From IMG/VR virus record IMGVR_UViG_3300032243_000867, positions 64,001-128,000 of that record: a stretch of DNA of 64,000 bases; one strand, written 5' to 3'. The notes beneath the pieces were generated by a model. It worked only from the letters and a program-made list of their open reading frames with translations, had not been told where the DNA came from and made no database searches. This document shows, piece after piece, positions 26,873 through 34,097 of the stretch. A program made the translations under genes and the position numbers. The DNA is from a virus (Duplodnaviria > Caudoviricetes). The number at the start of each line of letters is the position of its first letter. Position 1 is the first letter of the stretch.

Positions 26873-28111
26873 TTACGGGGCCGTCCCCTGATCGGTTCTC
26901 GTTTCAACGGAATCTGCCCGGATCGCTCCGGGTCTTACGTTTCCTCCACGAGCAGTAACCGGGGTTCCCCCGGCCAGAAAGTTTAGACCCCAACCCCGAA
27001 GGTTGAGTGCCGCGTTCACGTCGCGGTCTTGGGCGTACCCACAACAGTCGCAAACGTAGATGCGCTCCGATAGGGGTAGCGACGACTTCACGTCCCCGCA
27101 GCCGTTACAGGTCTTGCTGGACGGATAGAAGCGGTCTGATACAACGAGCTTCACCCCGTACCACTCACACTTGTACGTCAGTTGACGGCGAATCTCCGCG
27201 AACGATGCGGAGCTTACAGACCGGGCTAGGCTGAGGTTCCGGGTCATACCCGTCACGTTCAAGTCCTCGATGACGATAGCAGCGGGCCGCTTGGTTTTCA
27301 CGATCTCGCTGGTCATTTTGTGGAGGGCGTCCGCCCGTTGATTGCTGATCCGTGCGTGAGCGCGGGCGAAGCGGTCCTTGGTCTCGGCCCTCCGTTGCGA
27401 TCCTTTCTGTTGTCGCGATAGCTTCCGTTGAAGGCGTGCTAGGGACGCTTGCGACCGTTCAAGGTGCTTCGGGTTCTGGTAGTCCGTTCCGTCCGATAGC
27501 GTCGCGAGGGTCTTGATGCCGAGGTCGATTCCGAGAACCTCCCCAGTCGTTTCGACCTTCGGAGGGTCGGGTACTTCAACCAGAACGGTTGCGAACCACC
27601 GCCCTGCGACCTCGCTCACGGTGACGGTCTTGAGGGGTACGTCCGTGGGGACGTAGCCCCGCTGCTTCAACCGCACGGGGCCGATCTTCGGAAGTCGAAC
27701 GTGCGTCTGGGTGACCGAAGCCTTTTGCGGAAATTGAAACGACGGTTTGGACACCCCGCGCTTCTTGAACTTTGGGTAGCCGGGGGTCTGTCCCGCCTTC
27801 ACCCGGCGGAAAAATCCTTGAAACGCCCGGTCGAGATTACGAACGGACATCTGGAGGGATTGAGCGGTCACCTCCGCGAGCCAAGGACGCTCGACCTTCA
27901 ATGCCGGGAGGCGGGCTTGAAGATCGAGGGGACGTAGGGCTCCCTTCACCTTCTCGCCTTCGGGGGTCGCGGCCTTTCGATCCGCGTAGTCCTTCGTCAA
28001 GGTAGCGAGGCCCCAGTTGTAGACGAACCTCACCGCCCCGGCATGACGGACGAAGGCAGTCCGCTGCCGGTCGTTGGGGTCCAACTCCACCCTGTAGGCC
28101 CGCAGGATCAC
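26873..28111 (-). CDS. tnpB: TnpB RNA-guided nuclease (IS200/IS605/IS607 family)
   Basis: GTG at 28111 (ILRAYRVELDP HTH); RuvC-I GIDLGIK, RuvC-II IVIEDL, zinc ribbon CNGC...CDCC and RuvC-III DRDVNAA, all intact. Confidence 0.93.
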   Translation of the reverse strand: MILRAYRVELDPNDRQRTAFVRHAGAVRFVYNWGLATLTKDYADRKAATPEGEKVKGALRPLDLQARLPALKVERPWLAEVTAQSLQMSVRNLDRAFQGFFRRVKAGQTPGYPKFKKRGVSKPSFQFPQKASVTQTHVRLPKIGPVRLKQRGYVPTDVPLKTVTVSEVAGRWFATVLVEVPDPPKVETTGEVLGIDLGIKTLATLSDGTDYQNPKHLERSQASLARLQRKLSRQQKGSQRRAETKDRFARAHARISNQRADALHKMTSEIVKTKRPAAIVIEDLNVTGMTRNLSLARSVSSASFAEIRRQLTYKCEWYGVKLVVSDRFYPSSKTCNGCGDVKSSLPLSERIYVCDCCGYAQDRDVNAALNLRGWGLNFLAGGTPVTARGGNVRPGAIRADSVETRTDQGTAP

Positions 28112-28263
28112 TCGACAGGTGCCTTCGGTTGCGAGGCCATCTCGCGGAGGACGAGCTCGCGAATGACTTGGGCGCGAGGCACCCGACGCCGAATACTCTC
28201 GGCTTTGAGCCATTCGATTTGGTCCGGGTCAAACCCAACAAGCACTTGAACCTTCGCTGACAT
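28108..28263 (-). CDS. Ribbon-helix-helix (CopG-like) protein, 51 aa, coupled to tnpB
   Basis: MSAKVQVLVGFDPDQIEWLKAESIRRRVPRAQVIRELVLREMASQPKAPVE; its stop overlaps the tnpB GTG (GTGA); absent from the ORF track. Confidence 0.75.
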   Translation of the reverse strand: MSAKVQVLVGFDPDQIEWLKAESIRRRVPRAQVIRELVLREMASQPKAPVE

Positions 28264-28344
28264 ATAACATGAAGTCAATATAAGCAAGGTAACGGAGTAA
28301 TCCGTTTCCCCCTCTATCCCCCGGCGGTAAGTGAGACAGCCCCG

Positions 28345-28788
28345 ATGAACCGCCGCGCCGACGAGACGCCTGACCTCCTACCGATCATGCACCCCCTCTA
28401 CAACATGAGGGAGGTGTGCAAGCAGACGGCGTTGCTTGAGGACCACCTCAACAACGAGCGCAAGCGGTGTACGGACTGCATTCGTAAGCACTTCCTCACC
28501 ATCGAAGCCCTGCTGGAAGAGGCGGTCAGCCTCGACAACAAGGCCAAGTGGGCCGACCTCCTCGGCGGCAAGGTCGAGCTCGTGCGGGAATGCCAAGCCC
28601 GCTGGATCGACGGCGAGGAGCCTTGCGACATCGCCCAAGACCTCCGCGTGGTCCGCAAGGAGCTCACCCCAGAGTGCTTCGACCTCCGAGAGATGACCTC
28701 CGAGTCTCGGCTGGCTAGCTCCCGGTCGCCCCTATACCGTCAGGTCGCGGGCCGGTACCTTTCGCGCGGATTCCACTTCTGTCGGTGA
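28345..28788 (+). CDS. Hypothetical head-cluster protein
   Basis: CKQ...LLEDHL...CTDCIRKH; C-terminal RQVAGRYL motif. Confidence 0.65.
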   Translation: MNRRADETPDLLPIMHPLYNMREVCKQTALLEDHLNNERKRCTDCIRKHFLTIEALLEEAVSLDNKAKWADLLGGKVELVRECQARWIDGEEPCDIAQDLRVVRKELTPECFDLREMTSESRLASSRSPLYRQVAGRYLSRGFHFCR

Positions 28789-28791
28789 CGT

Positions 28792-29337
28792 ATGACCCCC
28801 ACGAAGATCGCGGTATTTGACTTCGACGGGACGCTGTTCCGCAGTCCCGAGAAGCCCGATAGCTGGGCCGAAGGGTGGTGGGGCAACCCCGTTTCCCTGA
28901 ACCCGCCCGTGGTGCCGGAAGCCCCCGGTGTGGGTTGGTGGAACGCTTCCGTGGTGCAGCGGGCGAAGGAGGACATCGCTAGCGACGAGGTCTTCGCCGT
29001 GATGGTCACGGGGCGGCTGGCCAAGAAGTTCACCGCGCGCGTGAAGGACTTGCTGGCGCACGCGGGTCTGAAGTTCGACCGAATCTACCTAGCCCCCGGC
29101 GGCGACACGGAGTCGTACAAGCTGCGGGTGATCGGTGATCTCATCAAGGAGTTTCCCACCGTCACGGGCGTGGACCTCTGGGAAGACCGCGCCCCGCACC
29201 TTGCGAAGTTCTCGGATTTCGTGGAGTCGAAGGGCCGTGCGGCGTTCCCGCACCTTATCACCGTGTCGGCCCAGAAGCCCGAAGGGTTGCCCAGCGCCGC
29301 GAAGGTGGCGAGCTTATACCTGTCGCGGAGGCAGTGA
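28792..29337 (+). CDS. HAD-family phosphatase, Swiss-Army-Knife RNA-repair-like
   Basis: FDFDGTLFRSP, WW...WN, MVTGR, K and WEDR HAD motifs I-IV; ends KVASLYL. Confidence 0.8.
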   Translation: MTPTKIAVFDFDGTLFRSPEKPDSWAEGWWGNPVSLNPPVVPEAPGVGWWNASVVQRAKEDIASDEVFAVMVTGRLAKKFTARVKDLLAHAGLKFDRIYLAPGGDTESYKLRVIGDLIKEFPTVTGVDLWEDRAPHLAKFSDFVESKGRAAFPHLITVSAQKPEGLPSAAKVASLYLSRRQ

Positions 29338-32300
29338 TGTCGGTCGGACTGTTCCTACCCCTTCCCGAGAAGCTCGCGTCAAAATTCCCCTCGCTAGGGG
29401 ATCATGACACGTCGCCCCCGCACGCGACCCTTCTGTACTTCGGGGACGCCCCCGAGGACCGGGAGCGGTTTCTCGCGGTCATCCGTTCGCACCTGAGCCA
29501 ATGGCCGGGGAAAATCACCGCGACACTTCGCGGGCTCCGTCACTTCGACAACGCCGATGCCACGGTGGCCTACGACAGCGTGCGCTTCGACGCCGATGTG
29601 GCGGGTCTGCGTTCTTCCCTCATCGCGCACCTGTCGGACAACGGGTTCCCCTCGACGGATAGGTCTCCCGTCCGCTACTTCCCCCACGTCACGCTGGCCT
29701 ACCTACCGCCTAACAGCGTAGGTGCGTACGGGGGTCCGGTGCCCGTGGGTTCATGGACCTTCGACGAGGTGGAAGTCTGGGGTCTGGAGGATGACCCGGT
29801 GGTGCTACCGCTGGGCGGTGTATCCGTTACCCGCGTCGCCGCCCGTTACAAGTCCAAGAAGAAGATCGAAACCAAGGACGGCGACGAAGCCACGGTGTAC
29901 GAGTACAGCGACCGTCAGGTCGCCAACCGTCACCGTGAAAAGGCCGAGCGGGTCGAGCACCTGCGAAACCACATCACGGACCTCCGCGCGCGGGTGAAGG
30001 ACGATCTGAAGTCCGACGACCCCATGACCCGGATGACGGCCCTCGCCGTGTCTCTCATGGACCACACCTGTGAGCGGGTGGGGAACGACGACAGCGCAGA
30101 CGACGGCCACTACGGCGTCACGGGCTGGCTGAAGAAGCACATCACCATCCGGGACGGCAAGGCCACGATCAAGTACGTCGGCAAGTCCGGGGTCGATCAC
30201 GAAAAGACCGTGGACGACGGCCCCACGGTCACCGCCCTGAAGGAACTGTGCGAAGGGCTTGGGAAGGAAGACGCCATCTTCGACACGGACGACGCGAAGG
30301 TCAGCGCCGACGAGGTGAACGACTACCTCGCGGAGTTCGATGTCACCGCCAAGGACATCCGGGGCTTTCGCGCCAACGACGAGATGTGCAAGGCCCTACG
30401 GGCGGAACGCGCCAAGGGACCGAAAGAGCTCCCCCGCGCCCGCAAGGAGAAGGACGAGATCCTCAAGGCCGAGTTCAAGCGGGCGCTGGAGACGGTCGCG
30501 GAGGTGGTGGGCCACGAAGCCGCCACCCTACGCTCCCAGTACCTCGTGCCGGGGCTGGAAGACCAGTACGTACACGACGGGACGGTGCTGAAGTCCCTCA
30601 AGGTAGGCACCAAGACCGAAGCCCAGCGCGAGGACGAGGCCACGGAGAAGTTGGTGAAGCCCGCGCCGAAGGCAAAGCCCCCGCGCCACGATCTACGGAA
30701 CGAACGGGTGGAAGCTGAGGGCGACCCCGACCTCGACGACACCGACGACGACCTGTCGCTGAACTTCAAGAAGGTCGCGGGGATCGTTCGTGCGGCGCTG
30801 TTTGCGGGAATGTCTCGCCGCGTGTTGTCGAGATCTCAGAGCAAAGTACAAGAGTTCAAGAAGTTTCCCACTCGGGCGGACACCCGGCACCGAGTACAAG
30901 AGTTCCCCGCAGTTGATGCGAAGGCCGTTCAAGAAGAGTCGGAGTTTCAGAAATACGTCGAAGGTGAGAAATTTCGCACGAACAAGTCGGACCGAGAAGA
31001 AGGCGTGTCTTTCTCCTACCTGGAAAAGATCGACCCCCAAGCGGCCAAGAAGGTCCGAAAGGATTGGGGCAAGAAGAGAACCCAGGACACCCCTCAAGAC
31101 TCCCTTAAAAATCGGGAGAAGAAGCAAAAGGAACTGTCGAAGCCCTCTTCCCCCGAACAAATCCAGAAGCTGGTAGAGGAAATCCAGTCTTCGGAATCCG
31201 CCAAGGCTATGACCGAGGGGGACCGCGAAAACGTATCGAACCTGATCTCTTCCGTCATGGACGGTCAGAGCGGCAATTCCAACGAGAAGCTGAACGCTCG
31301 TATCGAGAAGTACAACGCGGAATCCGTCGAGAAGCTCAAGGGCGGAACGGACCGCAAGACGGTGGACGCTCTGCGAAAGGTGCCCGAGGGGCTCTACGGC
31401 AAGGGCGTGAAGATGACCACGTTCGACTCGAAGAAGTCGGGCGACGCCATCGCCAAGAAGCAGAAGGCCCGCGACAAGATCCAGAAGGACCTCGAACAAG
31501 CCAAGCGGGACGGGGAGAGCCTTCCGTCTGAAATCGAGCGGGCGAAATATGAGAAGAAGGTCAAGGAACAAGAACTCAAGGGCGAACAAACCAAGCTGAA
31601 AGGTTTGAAAGAGGGCACCCCGGAGCACGCACGCCGGAAGTCGAGAGTGTCCACGCTTCAGGCGGCTATCGAAAAGCTGGACGTTTCGATAACGGGCGGC
31701 ACCAAGAAGAGGGATGCCGACGAAAAGCTCCTTCCGGCACTGAAGGCGTCTCTGGACAAGGAGACGAGCGAACTCAACGCGATGACGGCGTATCACGTCT
31801 CGCAGGAGCACCTGTCGTCGCGTTTGACCGATATGTCGTCGTTGAAGTCGGACTCCCCCTCGGAGCGCCTTTCCGAAGCCTCCAAGCACTTGCAGGCGCT
31901 GCCCCCTGAGATGCGGGACAAGTCCATCGAACGGTCGAAGGCACGGCGGGACGAGAAGAAGAAGGAGCTGGACAACGCCTCGTCGGACGAGGAACGGGCG
32001 GCGTTGCAGAAGGAAGTCGATCTGGCCGACGCCGAGCTCGCAGCGGGGACCCACGACAAGTACCTGCGAATGGACGAGAGGGAAGCGGACGAAGACCCGA
32101 AGGCGTCCCTCTTCCGTTCGCTGAATGACCGGGGTATCGGGGTCAACGACCCCCACGTACAGACGTTGCTCCATGAGAAGGCCAACCAAGCAGACGCGGC
32201 GAAAGCTGTACGCAATCTCTCCACAGAACTATCCGACGAGGAACTCTCGGAACTGTCCAAGAAGTCTTCAACCCTCGGTCACGCCTATGAGAGTCTCAAG

Positions 32301-32804
32301 GATTCCCCCTTCCTCGCCCAGATGCTCCGAGAGATGATCGTCGAGGAGATGGTGGGGGAGTTCCAGAAGGGGCGCGCGAAGGGTAAGTCCGACAAGGGTA
32401 AGCCCCGGGACGCCGAGAAGGTGAAGGAGCTCGCGGAAGCGGCTAAGGACCTGCCCGAGAAGGACCGGGAGACCGTCAAGAAGGTCGTCCGTGAAAAAGC
32501 CAAGGACCTCCCCGCCGCGGACCGCGAGACCGTCGAGGACATCGTCGATCTGGACATCCCAGACGCCTCCAGTACGTCTACGTCAGAAGGCGGGAAACAA
32601 AAACAGACGTTGAGCCTGCCGGAGTACCGTCAGATGCTTCTCGACGGAGCCAAAGACGCCGACGCTCGCCGAAAGACCCAGGAGATGAGCTCCGAGGATC
32701 TTAAAAAGCGTTGGGAGTCATACAAAGCCGGAAAGACCGCTGGTGCCCCCCTCCCGGAGTCGGTTGCCCGCCGTTTTCTCTCTTATTCGCGGCGGGGTAG
32801 GTAG
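29334..32804 (+). CDS. Fusion protein: 2H phosphoesterase + type IB topoisomerase catalytic domain + long Lys/Glu coiled coil
   Basis: HATL and HVTL (2H); ERVGN, GKSG, AKDIRGF and VVGHEAATLRSQY (TopIB R-K-R-H-Y pentad); charged helical C-terminal region of about 680 aa. Confidence 0.85.
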   Translation: MMSVGLFLPLPEKLASKFPSLGDHDTSPPHATLLYFGDAPEDRERFLAVIRSHLSQWPGKITATLRGLRHFDNADATVAYDSVRFDADVAGLRSSLIAHLSDNGFPSTDRSPVRYFPHVTLAYLPPNSVGAYGGPVPVGSWTFDEVEVWGLEDDPVVLPLGGVSVTRVAARYKSKKKIETKDGDEATVYEYSDRQVANRHREKAERVEHLRNHITDLRARVKDDLKSDDPMTRMTALAVSLMDHTCERVGNDDSADDGHYGVTGWLKKHITIRDGKATIKYVGKSGVDHEKTVDDGPTVTALKELCEGLGKEDAIFDTDDAKVSADEVNDYLAEFDVTAKDIRGFRANDEMCKALRAERAKGPKELPRARKEKDEILKAEFKRALETVAEVVGHEAATLRSQYLVPGLEDQYVHDGTVLKSLKVGTKTEAQREDEATEKLVKPAPKAKPPRHDLRNERVEAEGDPDLDDTDDDLSLNFKKVAGIVRAALFAGMSRRVLSRSQSKVQEFKKFPTRADTRHRVQEFPAVDAKAVQEESEFQKYVEGEKFRTNKSDREEGVSFSYLEKIDPQAAKKVRKDWGKKRTQDTPQDSLKNREKKQKELSKPSSPEQIQKLVEEIQSSESAKAMTEGDRENVSNLISSVMDGQSGNSNEKLNARIEKYNAESVEKLKGGTDRKTVDALRKVPEGLYGKGVKMTTFDSKKSGDAIAKKQKARDKIQKDLEQAKRDGESLPSEIERAKYEKKVKEQELKGEQTKLKGLKEGTPEHARRKSRVSTLQAAIEKLDVSITGGTKKRDADEKLLPALKASLDKETSELNAMTAYHVSQEHLSSRLTDMSSLKSDSPSERLSEASKHLQALPPEMRDKSIERSKARRDEKKKELDNASSDEERAALQKEVDLADAELAAGTHDKYLRMDEREADEDPKASLFRSLNDRGIGVNDPHVQTLLHEKANQADAAKAVRNLSTELSDEELSELSKKSSTLGHAYESLKDSPFLAQMLREMIVEEMVGEFQKGRAKGKSDKGKPRDAEKVKELAEAAKDLPEKDRETVKKVVREKAKDLPAADRETVEDIVDLDIPDASSTSTSEGGKQKQTLSLPEYRQMLLDGAKDADARRKTQEMSSEDLKKRWESYKAGKTAGAPLPESVARRFLSYSRRGR

Positions 32805-32890
32805 TGGGAGAATCCCGCCGGGGCCTCCCCCCGTTCCAGTTCAAGAGCGCCCACGGTGACCCCGGCGGGACCAGAAGGAGACTCAATCTC

Positions 32891-33526
32891 ATGACCACGA
32901 AGAAGGCTTCCAAGACGGGTGCTCGTCGCGTCACGGCGACCCTCGATTCCCTCGCTTCTCTGTTCCAGAACCACCACGCCTCGCTCGGCATCCCGAGCAA
33001 GGTGGCGATGGACTTCGCGCTTCGTTGTGACCTTCTGTCGGACAGCATCGACCGCCGCAAGCAGGCGGGCTACTTCAACCCCGCCGAGATCGGTGAGGAG
33101 CAGCCCGGTCCGATGATGTTCGACGAGAACAACCCCTTCATGGAGGGTGAGTTCACGCAGGAGGAGAAGCGCGACCTCAGCGAGAAGCAGATGGCGGGCG
33201 AGCTCGCGGCGAACGCGGCGAAGCACGTCGCGGACCCGAAGCTCGCTTCGGACATCAAGAAGGCCGCGTACGACGCTGCCCTCGCCGCTCTCCGCAAGGC
33301 CAAGAAGGCCGACGAGAGCGAGAAGGACGCCGAGGACGAGAGCGAGAAGGACGCCGAGGACGAGAGCGAGAAGGACGAAGCGGCGCAGAAGACGGCCATG
33401 ATGGCCCAGCTCTACAACCGCATCCGCCGTCAGGCCAAGAAGTCCGAGGAAGCCCCCGCGAAGGAGGCCGACGACGAGGGTGAGGAACCCGCCAAGACGG
33501 CCAGCCTCTTCGGCCTGTTTCGCTGA
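32891..33526 (+). CDS. Acidic low-complexity head/core protein
   Basis: AGAAGGAG SD before ATG 32891; DESEKDAE 24-nt repeats at about 33310-33380; many KxA/RQAKK motifs. Confidence 0.7.
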   Translation: MTTKKASKTGARRVTATLDSLASLFQNHHASLGIPSKVAMDFALRCDLLSDSIDRRKQAGYFNPAEIGEEQPGPMMFDENNPFMEGEFTQEEKRDLSEKQMAGELAANAAKHVADPKLASDIKKAAYDAALAALRKAKKADESEKDAEDESEKDAEDESEKDEAAQKTAMMAQLYNRIRRQAKKSEEAPAKEADDEGEEPAKTASLFGLFR

Positions 33527-33529
33527 ACG

Positions 33530-34090
33530 GTGACCCCCATGAAGCCGTCCCGTAGGGCCACTTACGTCAACTACCAAGCCCGTGCCAGCGCCTTCAAGGT
33601 GGGGGACCGGGTGTACCCGATCCTCAAGGGCAACCCGAGTAACGGCGGAACCGTCGTTGCGGTGTGGCCCGCTATCGGGATGGTGGACGTTCAGTACCCC
33701 CACGGGACGGCTCGTGCCCCGGTGGAAGACCTCCTCATCGACCGTGGAACCACCATCGAGTCCGAGGTAGACATCCAATCGGATACCGTTCCGGGGGGCA
33801 CCCACACGGTGCCCGTGTCGGGCGGTCCCGGCCCCGAGAGAACGGACTCCACTCACCGGGTCGCCTCCCGGCACCTCAAGAGAGCCGTGTATTGGGCAGC
33901 GCCCAACCGTCAGTACCGCCCCACGAAGCAAGAGCTCGTCACAAACAAGCTGTGCTGCCCCCGCTGCGACGAGAGCTATCTGAGGAGGTCCACCTACAAG
34001 ATGGAGGAGGGGACTCAGGTCAAGCTGTTCGTATGTCCCTCGTGCCTTTTCATCGTTCGTCGCGACGACGTTGCAGGATTCGGGGAGTGA
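33530..34090 (+). CDS. Hypothetical protein (SH3-like + zinc ribbon)
   Basis: FKVGDRV...GTVVAV...VDVQY; RVASRHL; CPRC...CPSC. Confidence 0.6.
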   Translation: MTPMKPSRRATYVNYQARASAFKVGDRVYPILKGNPSNGGTVVAVWPAIGMVDVQYPHGTARAPVEDLLIDRGTTIESEVDIQSDTVPGGTHTVPVSGGPGPERTDSTHRVASRHLKRAVYWAAPNRQYRPTKQELVTNKLCCPRCDESYLRRSTYKMEEGTQVKLFVCPSCLFIVRRDDVAGFGE

Positions 34091-34097
34091 TCTGACC

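Larger units (their letters stand above)
26860..28302 (-). mobile_element. TnpA-less RHH+tnpB cassette inserted antisense after the portal gene
   Basis: Opposite orientation to the whole virion cluster, an AT-rich upstream region and no transposase. Boundaries are approximate. Confidence 0.65.
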
